In this document: piece after piece, positions 49,792 to 62,765 of the stretch | How the letters are laid out: the number at the start of each line of letters is the position of its first letter | Position numbering within the stretch: the stretch's first letter is position 1 | Assembly: GCF_964355755.1 (NCBI RefSeq) | Contig: NC_092674.1 | Location: forward strand, 62,001 to 126,000 | DNA: 64,000 nt | Reading direction: 5' to 3' | From: Antedon mediterranea | Lineage: Eukaryota > Animalia > Echinodermata | The notes under the pieces: model-generated | What the model was told of the DNA's origin: nothing | Seen by the model: the letters and a program-made list of their open reading frames with translations, nothing else | Databases searched by the model: none | Program-made: the position numbers and the translations under genes

Positions 49792-51784
49792 CGTATCCGG
49801 ATATTCACCCCCTGGACATTTACCCCCTGGAAAACTACCCCCCGGACAACAACCACCTGGACCACTACCCCCTTAGGACAACTACCCCTTTAGGACAACT
49901 ACCCCCTTAGGACAACTACCCCCCCCCCCGGACAATTACCCCCTAGGAACAATTATCCCCCCCCCCCCCTCCCCGGGTAATTACCCCGCGGACAACTACC
50001 TCTGACACAATACTCCCCGTAGGACAACTACTTCCTGGAAAATACTCCGAGGGTAAATAATCTTTTAGGACAACTACCTCCGTAGGACAACTAACCCCTG
50101 GACAACTACCCCCGGACAATTACCCCTTGACAATTACCCCCGGACAATTACCCCCCCCCCCCCCTGGGTAATTACCCCGCGGACAACTGCCTCTGACACA
50201 ATACTCCCCGTAGGACAACTACCTCCTGGACCTGGACAATACTCCGAAGGCAAATAATCTTTTAGGACAACTACCTCCGTAGGACAACTAACCCCTGGAC
50301 AACTACCACCCAGAAAACTATACCTTTAGAACAACTACCCCCCGGACGGACAACTACCACCCAGACCATTCAACAACCTGACTCTGCAACAGCGTATAAT
50401 AAGAATTAATAACTATATTTTAATTCGTTACTTTGACGAATTACTATTCATTATTGTAAACAAAAGTAAAAGATTGAACATAAATATAGCCTGGTATAAA
50501 CTGAAGATTGTCACACATGATCATAGGATAGTCGAACGTATTATATAGTACTCCCTGTATTTACTGTAAAGACTGGGTTCGCTAATAATAATAATAATTT
50601 TTGCGTCAGGACAATGCTTCGATAACCACTGGTCTTAAAAGAATTAATTTTTGTCTCAAATTTGTCATTTGTATTTTTGTACACTTGAAGAATAATATCA
50701 CTTTTGATATTTGACCTCAATGTTCACTCACCGAATAAACGGCGATCTTTAAATAAATTCTCCTCAAATAAACGGTGACCGTACCATGTCACTCCCATGA
50801 CACATCATATGGAATAATCGGCGTCTATTTCCATTAGATTATACCCCCTCCCATTGAATAAACAACTTTCTTCCAATAAATGTCCACCTAAAAACCACCT
50901 AAACAATAAACAGCCCAGGCCGTTTTTTTCAATAAATACGGTACTTTAAATCTAGCACATCTAGGGTCTAGCGTGCTGTTAAACAGAATAATCGGTTAAA
51001 AACGGGTGTTTCGAAACTAGAGACCCGAGACCAGAGACCAGAGACCCGAGACCCAATACGAAAAGGGAGACCTAAATATACGAAAAGGGAGACCCACGTA
51101 CGAAAAGGGAGACCCCACTATACGAAAAGGGAGACCCCACTATACGAAAAGGGAGACCCCACTATACGAAAAGGGAGACCCTAATATACGAAAAGGGAGA
51201 CCTAAATATACGAAAAGGGAGACCAAATATACGAAAAGGGAGACCCAAATATACGAAATGGGAGACCCAAATATACGAAAAGGGATACCCACTATAAGAA
51301 AAGGGAGACCCCCCTATACGAAAAGAGAGACCACACTATACGAAAAGGGAGACCCTAATATACGAAAAGGGAGACCCAAATATAGGTCTCCCTTTTCATA
51401 TTGGGTCTCGTGTCAGGTCTCTGGTCTCGGGTCTCTAGTTTCGAAACACCCGTTAAAAACAGATGATTTCATTTTTACAGAAACCGGTCCTATATAAGCC
51501 TATTTGTCTACTTTTAGATTGGGGGAGGGGGGGGGGTAGTTGACCGGGGGGTAGTTGACCGGGGGGTAGTTGTCCTAAGGGGGTGGTTGTCCGGGGGGTA
51601 GTTGTCCGGGGGGTTGTTATCCTAAGGGGGTAGTTGTCCTAAGGGGGTAGTTGTCCGGGGGGTAGTTGTCCGGGGGGTAGTTGTCCGGGGGTAGTTGTCC
51701 GGGGGGTAGTTGTCCTAAGGGGGTAGTTGTCCGGGTGGTAAACATCCGGGGGGTAACTGTCTAGGGGGTAGGTGTCCTAGAACC
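49792..51784. mobile_element. MULE-like element with (GGACAACTACCCCC)n arms
   Basis: C-rich left arm and complementary G-rich right arm; 9-bp TSD CTCTAGTAC. Confidence 0.85.
51004..51451. mobile_element. Nested MULE-like MITE with internal ~21-bp tandem array
   Basis: TIR GGGTGTTTCGAAACTAGAGACCCGAGACC; 9-bp TSD GTTAAAAAC; internal ATACGAAAAGGGAGACC repeats. Confidence 0.88.
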
Positions 51785-53517
51785 CTCTAGTACATAACAC
51801 AGGGTTTCATGTGTGAGCATCTTGGATAATTATTTAAAGCAGGGAGTTGTTGTTATTTTAACAACTCCCTGTTTAAAGCATTACGTAATAAAAAATAACA
51901 CATGTATTGACACTATAACCAGGGAGTTGTTATTAATAACAACTCCCTGCTATAACATAGCTTGTGCAACCTATCCACTCTATTGTGTATTTTCCATGTA
52001 TACCTATTTTCGAATTTCGCCATAATCTTCCTTAATAAAGTTATGTAAAATGTAAGAATAAATCCCAACATTTTTTAGAGCCGACCGACTTCATAATTTC
52101 CTGATGCTCGTTTTAGATAATAATTATAATGTTTCCTTTAAACGTCGGAAACTAATGTTAATAGTGCGCATGATCAGTCTGGAACAAAGGCTATTATCTA
52201 CGACCTTACGTTTTTCTGGTGTATAAATCCTAATCAACATAATCAACGCAGTAACGGGAATTCAATGCGTAGATATTAATTACAGTATGCTACGGATGAA
52301 ACCATTATACGATCTAATAAACAACAAGTTACTGGCATCGTACTCCTAAAACATCGTAAAACCGAAGATTGTTCACATTTAAAGACGAGGAGCATATGCA
52401 TATTATTGTATCAATATAATATAATATCCAAAAAAGCGGTAAGAAAAAGAATTTGTATTTACTTAATTTGAATATTATCTATCATTAATTACCAATAGAA
52501 CTGCAGTGCCGCTTGACGGAATTGATAAGACGGTTTTAGCGTTATGTCTCGTGTCTTAGACCAAATAACGTTACTAAAAATATCAAGTTGAATAGGAATT
52601 AAACAGTACGTCAAATTTTCTGCTGGCAGCCTGGTCAGTTTTGGTCCCCGACTACATAATTACACATCTTAACATAATCGTTGATACAATTATGTTAATC
52701 AGTTTTTCCGATTTTAATGTAATTTTTTGTTTTCTTTGTACTATTTTTAAGTTACAATGATTTTCAAATAATGTTCATACGTATCGGAAAGTGATCCTGG
52801 TGGTATATATAATTGATTTTAAAATTGTAGATCACGTCAGGTTAGTAGTATAGAGGCCTGCCGTGAGCCGATCGAAGGGAATCGATGACAACAGCAGTGT
52901 ATTTGAAAATAAACATGAGAAAACAATGGTTCGACAGATGTTTCAACATGAAACTAAGTTCACAAACAATAATGGAAGGTAATCCTATTATCAATATTAT
53001 TAATTATTATGTCAATACATTCGGTAACATGCTGCAGATTGATACAAGTCAAGTCAATTTTCAAAATTAATTCCGATTATGTTTGTACATCTTTATATCA
53101 GTCGCGAGGTGGTAACTTTTTAATCATGGATAAGAAGTTAAAATATTTACATTTATTTACCGTTAATAATATACATTATGTAAGCCTATCAATAACGTGA
53201 GACGACTGTAAAAAGCTATAGGCCTATATTTTTCAAATGAGTAAGAGAGTCCTAACTCAACACACATTAGAGGTAAGATATTAATAATTATTAACATCAC
53301 CTGAAACAACAGGTTTCACGTACGTATCAATTGATAAATAATGCAGGTAAAGACAAGTTAATATTTAATTATTAAAAATAATATATCCTGACTCGTGAGC
53401 ACATCATTGAGTTTATTGAGATATAAACATTTATAATCTTTTGTATTGTTATGAAATAATAATCACATGGTGAGATTGACTGTAAAAGTCAATAGGAATG
53501 TGTAGGGTGATGCTGTT

Positions 53518-55325
53518 GTATAATATTCAGCCTCAGTATAGTATTCAGTCGAAGTATAATATTCAGCCTCAGTATAGTATTCAGTCGAAGTATAATATTC
53601 AGCCTCAGTATAGTATTCAGATCAGTCGAAGTATAATATTCAGCCTCAGTATAGTATTCAGTCGAAGTATAATATTCAGCCTCAGTATAGTATTCAGTCG
53701 AAGTATAATATTCAGCCTCAGTATAGTATTCAGTCGAAGTATAATATTCAGCCTCAGTATAGTATTCAGATCAGTCGAAGTATAATATTCAGCCTCAGTA
53801 TAGTATTCAGTCGAAGTATAATATTCAGCCTCAGTATAGTATTCAGTCGAAGTATAATATTCAGCCTCAGTATAGTATTCAGTCGAAGTATAATATTCAG
53901 CCTCAGTATAGTATTCAGTCGAAGTATAATATTCAGCCTCAGTATAGTATTCAGTCGAAGTATAATATTCAGCCTCAGTATAGTATTCAGTCGAAGTATA
54001 ATATTCAGCCTCAGTATAGTATTCAGTCGAAGTATAATATTCAGCCTCAGTATAGTATTCAGTCGAAGTATAATATTCAGCCTCAGTATAGTATTCAGTC
54101 GAAGTATAATATTCAGCCTCAGTATAGTATTCAGTCGAAGTATAATATTCAGCCTCAGTATAGTATTCAGTCGAAGTATAATATTCAGCCTCAGTATAGT
54201 ATTCAGTCGAAGTATAATATTCAGCCTCAGTATAGTATTCAGTCGAAGTATAATATTCAGCCTCAGTATAGTATTCAGTCGAAGTATAATATTCAGCCTC
54301 AGTATAGTATTCAGATCAGTCGAAGTATAATATTCAGTCTCAGTATAGTATTCAGTCGAAGTATAATATTCAGCCTCAGTATAGTATTCAGTCGAAGTAT
54401 AATATTCAGCCTCAGTATAGTATTCAGTCGAAGTATAATATTCAGCCTCAGTATAGTATTCAGTCGAAGTATAATATTCAGCCTCAGTATAGTATTCAGT
54501 CGAAGTATAATATTCAGCCTCAGTATAGTATTCAGTCGAAGTATAATATTCAGCCTCAGTATAGTATTCAGTCGAAGTATAATATTCAGTCTCAGTATAG
54601 TATTCAGTCGAAGTATAATATTCAGCCTCAGTATAGTATTCAGTCGAAGTATAATATTCAGCCTCAGTATAGTATTCAGTCGAAGTATAATATTCAGCCT
54701 CAGTATAGTATTCAGTCGAAGTATAATATTCAGCCTCAGTATAGTATTCAGTCGAAGTATAATATTCAGCCTCAGTATAGTATTCAGTCGAAGTATAATA
54801 TTCAGCCTCAGTATAGTATTCAGTCGAAGTATAATATTCAGCCTCAGTATAGTATTCAGTCGAAGTATAATATTCAGCCTCAGTATAGTATTCAGATCAG
54901 TCGAAGTATAATATTCAGTCTCAGTATAGTATTCAGTCGAAGTATAATATTCAGCCTCAGTATAGTATTCAGTCGAAGTATAATATTCAGCCTCAGTATA
55001 GTATTCAGTCGAAGTATAATATTCAGCCTCAGTATAGTATTCAGTCGAAGTATAATATTCAGCCTCAGTATAGTATTCAGTCGAAGTATAATATTCAGCC
55101 TCAGTATAGTATTCAGTCGAAGTATAATATTCAGCCTCAGTATAGTATTCAGTCGAAGTATAATATTCAGCCTCAGTATAGTATTCAGTCGAAGTATAAT
55201 ATTCAGCCTCAGTATAGTATTCAGATCAGTCGAAGTATAATATTCAGCCTCAGTATAGTATTCAGTCGAAGTATAATATTCAGTCTCAGTATAGTATTCA
55301 GTCTCAGTATAGTATTCAGTCGAAG
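53518..55325. repeat. 36-bp satellite (dimer of two related 18-mers), about 50 copies
   Basis: Unit GTCGAAGTATAATATTCA-GCCTCAGTATAGTATTCA. Confidence 0.97.
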
Positions 55326-55557
55326 TTCTCAATGGAAGTTATGAGATCCGCAGGTTAGTATCATTTTGGTTGATTCACTATATTTTACGATGTTAGGTTT
55401 AATATCATTAAATGAATGTTCAGATTTCAGAATTGTTTTAATTTTGTGCAAATATTAAGACAATACCATATTTTCAACATACCATAGCTAAAAGTATAAA
55501 CAAAATTATAGATCGTTTTCGTCAAAATCATTTCTAAAGAAATGAAGGTATAATAAT

Positions 55558-56444
55558 ATGATCTTACACCTAGTCTGTTGTGTTGATAACACGAAGAAGA
55601 AACCCACATTTAGGGAGCACGATGTACATGAGTTAAATAAATTAAGGAGTTGGTTATTTACTAGTCTGATAATCAATTTAATTGCACACATTTTCTTTCC
55701 GCTCAAACAGAACTGGAAAACATTAAACCACCATCCCTGGCAAGAAACTTATCCAAACTACAGGAATCGTTAAATATTCTTAAAATTTCAAACAAATCAC
55801 TTTCTGGAGAAGTTGAAGACAAGTTAGAAGAAGGAAAAGTTACTCTAGCAACCTTAGCTCGCATTCATAACTTAAGTCAAGTTATCAAAGTGATAACAAT
55901 GATTGTGAAACTTAGTGACCATTTGGCCGCATGTAAAACTGATGTTTTGTCGACAAAGCAATCATGTTTTAAGATGGAGTTACGGAATATATATTACAGT
56001 ATAAGTGATGTAAGTCAAGTTGATAAAAACAAAATCTACCGTAGGCCTACTACATAAGAAATAGTGTATGTAGGCCTATTTACTACTTAGAAAAGTTTGT
56101 ATAATCAATGTCAACCAATTTGAAATCACTAAACCCCTACAAAAAAACTATCCATAAATACACTCTTTTTTTTTCAGAATATTAAGAAAATAACAAATGT
56201 ATGCGAACTGTTTCCGAATGACAACCCGCGAATAATGGAAGAAAATGTAAATCAAATTCGAGCCTTACTTCTTTGCATTCTTACGTTGTGTGAGAAATTT
56301 GCAAAAGCAGACACAAAATCATGGTTCAATAATAAAATGTTCTTCTGGTCTCGATCTGTACTCAATCAAGTTTATGAGGCACGAGTTCAACTTCCTTACG
56401 AATTTGGTTACATAAATGAGATGTATCTGATTGAAGATGAATGA
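55558..56444 (+). CDS. Orphan spliced protein-coding candidate, predicted alpha-helical
   Basis: Exon 55711-56009 (299 nt, open, pyrimidine-rich CAG acceptor, GTAAGT donor) splices in phase 0 to 56178-56444 (poly-T CAG acceptor, open for 88 codons to TGA). AATAAA at 56561. A possible upstream exon is 55558/55574-55648; the 5' end is uncertain. Confidence 0.55.
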
Positions 56445-56834
56445 GGAAAATCATACAAAACTATCAAATTGGTAAAGTACTGTCTTTCGCGCATGTCTGT
56501 GAAGGAGCTTCACGTCACGTCACACCAACACACATCATACAAGGAAGTATAGGCTACTATAATAAATGTTTGCTGCATACTCCAGTTAGTCGTTCAGTTA
56601 GTTGTTTAACAAGGTTAAATAATCCAAAGATTTATTATACAGTAATTTTAGTATTAAGACTCATGTAACATTTTCTTTCCAAGACAGACACATGCGTTTA
56701 TTTATTGCATAATTGTTAATACCACCATTGTACAGTATCATATTAATTAATAATCCGAATTAAATCTATTATAGGCCTATTTCGTTTTATTATTTATTTG
56801 TTTGGAATCAACCAAGTGTCTTAAAGTGAACTTA

Positions 56835-58747
56835 AAATCTACTTCATGAGTTTTCACTGTTACATACAAGAGATAGGTACCTGTCATTTCAATTGCTAAT
56901 TTTTTTAACTGCATTATGCTTAAATTTGCCAAAATGTTTAGTCTGTTATTTTGAAGAAACACTTCAATATCCATATAGGCAAAAGAAACAATAAAACAAG
57001 TCAACATTTATATTTTTTACGATTTATTCAAAAAGTGTGTTTCTATAAATGTTCGCGCTTTGCGAGACTTGTCTATTGACCCACGAGGTAGCTAGAAGCC
57101 ACTGCGCAAGATAGATAACTGAGTGTTGCTAAGTCCCATTTATTCTATAAGACTACTCCATTCGAGCGGACATTGGTAAAAACTATTGTTGTTTACTCTT
57201 CGGGTGATTTTAAATATTGTATATAATAATTTATTTTGTAAACTTTATTATTTTAATACAAATTATTATTAATTACAATTTAATTATCTTTCAGTTACTT
57301 AAAAAATTGTGTAAATTTACCACAATTATCCAGGTATTGAATGGCGTTCAATCTTTGCTAGAAATATGCAATGATATTATATATAGCCGAAGGCTATTAC
57401 ATCTCTCTTCTGCGTTGGAATCACTTTTCAGCCTGGAGTACGCCCTCTCTGACGCGTTGGAATCACTCACTCTCTCGCTATCGCGCACTCAAAACTTTTC
57501 TGTCTCTCTACTAGCTGTGTGGTGGTGGTGTATATGTGACGACGACACGCGACGAAGATATCACAAGAATGAGTATTCCGCGATTTTTGCATGAGAAATT
57601 TGTAACAGAGAGCTCCAGTGAGTGATGCCCGCCCTCATAAGGGCGGATGTATACATACTAAATAAGACTTGATTTAATAGATATTATACATGTCACATTA
57701 AATAGAATTATGATAATAGTTTTTGCAATTGTAAACTATTTTATAATACATATTTATTAACAAACTAGTGTACATTCACTTTTACAGAAAATTATTTACT
57801 AACATGCTAAGTTAGTTCACAAAAAAGGCCTAACACAGCAAGACCAAAAATCAATGAATCGTTACTCAGCACGGCCTATTCTTTACCATTGCCGTGTACT
57901 ACTCTACGCCCGGTAAATTAAGTATTGTTTTTATGATATAAATTAGTATAAAATACATGTTATTAATAGGAAAAAATGTTAAATGTTATTAACATTTATT
58001 TGTTTTACCAGAAACAAGTTAAATATAGGAATATTATTAAACAATCCTTCACGTATCCGTTTTCGTTATCGTATTCGTAAGATTGCGAAACCTCCCTAAT
58101 ATAGAAAAAATGACGTAGATGCTCTCGAATCATTATTATTATTTTAGACAGGTACATGTTGCTTGGTGCTTGGCTGCCTAGGCCTAGCATAACATCAATG
58201 CGAGTGAGGACTTTAAAAACTGCTATTTATCAAAATTGACCTGGCATTTTAGTAAATTACTTTAGTAAATTACTTTCAATAAATCTATAATTATATTATA
58301 GTCATGAATCATTCCTGATTCAAATGCAAAATGTGCAAAATAGATCAAAAACTATACTCGTTTTGTAGTTACGAATATGACTGATGATATTCGTCAACAT
58401 GAATACGCTTTACGAATATGAAATGGGGATCAGCTCAAAAGTTTCACAAATGTATGACGTATCCGTTTTCGTTATCGTATTCGTAAGGTTGCGAAAACTC
58501 CCTAGTACTACACTCTAGACAAGTCTGGCAAAGCGCGAACATTTCTAGTAAACACACGTAAAAAATATAATTGTTGAATTTTGTTATTGTTTCTTTTGCA
58601 TATCTGCTGGATATTGAAGTGTTTCCTCAAAATGATAGACTTAAACATTTTAGCAAATGTAAGCCTAATGCAGGTAAAATTAACAATTAAAATTAAGGAT
58701 ACCTGTCTCTTGTATGTTAACAACAGTGACAACTCATGAGGTAGATT
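56835..58747. mobile_element. Degenerate foldback/MITE with ~240-bp inverted arms
   Basis: 56835-57075 is an imperfect reverse complement of 58515-58747 (e.g. AAATGTTCGCGCTTTGCGAGACTTGTCTA / TAGACAAGTCTGGCAAAGCGCGAACATTT). Termini not resolved. Confidence 0.6.
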
Positions 58748-58979
58748 CTGCTAAGCACACCTGACGTCACAGCAATTTACGGCGACGGCTGTATGGCGAG
58801 CGCGTGCGTGTTTCTAAGTTATTTTTAGTACACATTTTAATAGTATTATTTTCTAGAACTTATTTTTGATAATATTATAATTTATATAATACCCAATCAG
58901 CTCATGGAAGGACTAAATCTTAAAAGTTATGTAAACAACAAATATCTTAAAACATGCTATCAACTTACCGATTGGAAAT

Positions 58980-59336
58980 GTCAAATGGCCGAGCGGTTAA
59001 ATAAGGCAGGGGCGCCGTTTACCGTACCTAAAGAGCCAACAACATCGGCAAGGGTTCGAGGCCGACTCGCTCCTAGTTCTGGTGGTGGAACAAGTTTTCT
59101 CGGATAAGGACTATAAACCGTAGGTCCAGTGTACACAGTTATAACCTGTGTGCACTTTAAAGAACCCAGTTCATTATTCGAAAAGAGTAGGGGTTACCCC
59201 GGTGAACTGGTTCACAAAATAGCCCCTGTATCAGTGGGATTACCACCTATCTGATAGGACAGTGATTAATTCACTATTGGTAATCCTTGGCCACATTGCC
59301 TAAAGACATAAAATAAAATAAAATAAATAAATAAAT
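58980..59336 (+). mobile_element. tRNA-derived SINE with Nin/Deu-type conserved core
   Basis: A box TGGCCGAGCGG, B box GGTTCGAGGCC, core TCTCGGATAAGGACTATAAACCGTAGGTCC...TAAAGAACCC...TTCGAAAAGAGTAGGGG, and a (TAAA)n tail. Confidence 0.82.
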
Positions 59337-62099
59337 CAGCTATAATTATTTTAAGTAGATTTTCTTTTGGATCATCCAAAAGAAAATTTACTTAAAATAC
59401 TATACAGTGATCCAGATGAACCTTTTTACAGCTATAATTAGCTGTTGAGATGAACAGAACAGGAAAGAAAGAAAGTAAATTGGATTAAATCATGGATGGC
59501 GGCAGCAATGGCAAGAAACCAGGCGAGATGGCGAGAACATTTTATGCCTTTATGTGTCACGAACGAAACATACTGACACCATTACGGAGTTGAAGAAATT
59601 GTTGTCGCGTTTTTTCATTTATTATTTTAGTTCCATATAATCTGGGTTGATTCCGAAAATCGAATACTACCGTACGTCATCGCATGGTTATTACCCCATA
59701 TCTCATCTAAAGTTCTAAAGTTCACCTTCTTTTTTCACAGATTTGAAAAATGTGGTAGTTTTTAACTCTTTGCCTAAGGTTTCTTTCATTTCAGTTAGAA
59801 ATTGGACTTTTATTCCGCATGCTGATTCATCTTTAATCATGATTGCGTTCATTCTTTGTGGCTTAAAATGTAAACCATACGTCCGAATGCTTAAAAATAA
59901 TTAAAGGGCATATAAAAGCAGTTTTATGATTTTGCAAGATTGGAAAAATAAAACACTAATCATCATCTACAGGCTATTTTAAAGTTTTCCTGAATATTAG
60001 TAAACGTTCAAATCTGTATTTATCGATTAATCAAGCATAATTTTACGAGACATCAATTGAAAGTGCAGGCTGACATTTTGGGTTTTTGATTTTTTAGGCC
60101 TATAATAGACCGAGGAAAATGAGATCCATGCATGAAAAACACAATATTTGACAGACGATTTGAATGTATGTATAAATGCTTACATTTTGGCGTAGTTTAC
60201 ATTTTTTGTCAACACTAGGACGATCATGAACATAATAGTCTAATTTGATAATACAGGAGACGGTACTCAATCTCCTTTTATAGCAATTCATAATTCGTTT
60301 TGTTATAAAATCTAGATAGATATAATATAAACTTTTTATTTTTTTTATTGTACTTTTTTTATTTTACCTTTTTAACATTTTATATGTGATTTTTTATTGT
60401 CTTTCACATTTCCATATGCTTTTCTTATGATCCTTGTTCACCTTCACATCTCCGATTTCTCTTGCAATGAACCTCATTGGAAATATGGTTTTATGGGTTG
60501 ACCTTGCATCCATTCACTTTGGTTTTACCCAATTTTAATATTCCAATTGTTGTATTTTTTCTTTGTTATGTATTTTAAATCTATTGTTGAATGGATGCTA
60601 AATGAATGAATGAAAAAAAGCCTGGGCCTAATCATAATAGTTGGGTGGTGGAGAGAATATGTTTTACCTGCAGGGGGAGAACCCTTGCATAATAAAATAC
60701 ACAACTCCAATTGTAAGTCAAGTCCTTAACTGGCATTCCAAATGATCCGACAGAAAACAAGATAACACTACGAATTTCATATCAGTATCAGAGTGACACT
60801 ACATTTCTCAACATAGGAAGTTAAGATTTTGTATGGAACCGTGCATTATAATAGACGCAATATGTAACTTCTCCGTATGACGTCATAGACGTAAAAGCAA
60901 GTTCTACATGCTTCTTTTAATTTCCATGTTCCTGCTTCAGACAATTTACCTTTAAAATTATTATCCTCGTTATCTGCATGGTTTGCAATCAACTAATAGA
61001 CCATCCATTCACTAAGTGAAAACTTAAGCCAATGAACTTTCTACACCTGGCATTAGGTTAATTAAAATTGTAACTCCTAATTATTGTGAGTTTTGTGTCT
61101 CATTTGTTAATAAATATTTGTTGAAAATTATCGCCCGGAATTGAAAAGAACTTGTCAAATTAATGAATGACTGTTGTCACAAAATGTTAATAAAAGTTGT
61201 CATAATTGAAACTCTTTACTTCTAGATTTAGTCTTAATTATATTTATACGGATAGGCCTATAAGGTTTGAGAAGGAAACGGTCATACTTATCTGCGCCAG
61301 GTATAGTATCGCGTTCATGTTTTTAGCATATTTCAGTGGTAAATTTAACTTATATAATATATATAATAATAAATAATTTAAAATCAGTCACAGTATTGTT
61401 AAATTGTTCATTCTAAAATGTGTCGAAAACACTGACAAACATTTGCATTATTTAAAGATAGATGCAAACAAATGTTTGCTGAATATGAAATGTTAGGCCT
61501 AATGTCACATAGTTATTCATTTTGATCGAAAAATATGATTACATTAAAACTGTAATTAAAAAAAATTAGTAAAATTGAGTTTTGGTTGAATATAACCTTT
61601 TTTTTATAAGTGAAGACATTATTGATTTCGTTTTTTTTCTACGGAAGTGATTAACTTTTTTAGAACTATACAAACAATTAATACTAAAGTCTTATTTTAT
61701 TAGTCTTTATTTTTTATGTTTCTTCGAAACAATACATCTTAAAATTAGAATCATTTTATTTTAGAATTATTTCTCAACGTTGAGTGAACAAAAAGGATTA
61801 ATTTTAAACGATCATGGACTGGGGGTTATCGCCGAGAAGCGGCTCCTATAATAATCTGCTACTGTATCAGTGCACTAGGAAATCTTTCTTTTCTACACAT
61901 ATCAGCTGCAAGTGCATCTGGTAGCAAAGTTAAAAAACAGAATGTTAATGTTTTACTGCCCTCACTAGCAATTTCGAATGAAACCCTCAATACGTGACTG
62001 AAACTATTATTCCTACAATATTATAGCAGAGGAATTTCAGACAGTTTAATTAACTTAGCTTTCTCCATGATAAATACTACAACAGAGTAATCAAATCCA

Positions 62100-62765
62100 C
62101 TTTATTTGTTTCTTTTGTGGAACTTTGTGCAAGTAACCAAGGTTGCGTTTACGCCTATCAGAAACAGGATCACAACGTACCGACCTGAATAGTTTATTTG
62201 TTTCGTTGTGGAACTTTGTGCACGTAACCAAGATTGCGTTTACGCCTATCAGAAACAGGATCACAACGTACCGACCCGAATAGTTTATTTGTTTCGTTGT
62301 GGAACTTTGTGCAAGTAACCAATGTTGCGTTTACGCCTATCAGAAACAAGACCACAACGTACCGACCTGAGTAGTTTATTTGTTTCGTTGTGGAACTTTG
62401 TGCACGTAACCAAGATTGCGTTTACGCCTATCAGAAACAGGATCACAACGTACCGACCTGAATAGTTTATTTGTTTCGTTGTTGAACTTTGTGCACGTAA
62501 CCAAGATTGCGTTTACGCCTATCAGAAACAGGATCACAACGTACCGACCTGAGTAGTTTATTTGATTCTTTCTGGAACTTTGTGAACGTAAAATTCGTTG
62601 TGGAACTTTGTGCACGTCACCAAGATTGCGTTTACGCCTATCAGAAACAGGATCACAGCGTACCGACTTGAATAGTTTATTTGATTCGTTGTGGAACTTT
62701 TTGCACGTAATCAAGATTGCGTTTACGCCTATCAGAAACAGAATCACAACGTACCGACCTGAATT
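62100..62765. repeat. 91-bp minisatellite, about 7 copies
   Basis: GTAACCAAGATTGCGTTTACGCCTATCAGAAACAGGATCACAACGTACCGACCTG... recurs at 91-bp spacing. Confidence 0.93.

Noticed and set aside
56442-56471. Selenocysteine or read-through at the orphan gene TGA (frame stays open to a possible GT donor)
   Set aside because: I could not recognise a SECIS, and a poly(A) signal follows closely; an ordinary stop codon is simpler.
58980-59070. tRNA gene
   Set aside because: It has A and B boxes but no convincing cloverleaf, and it continues into a SINE core.
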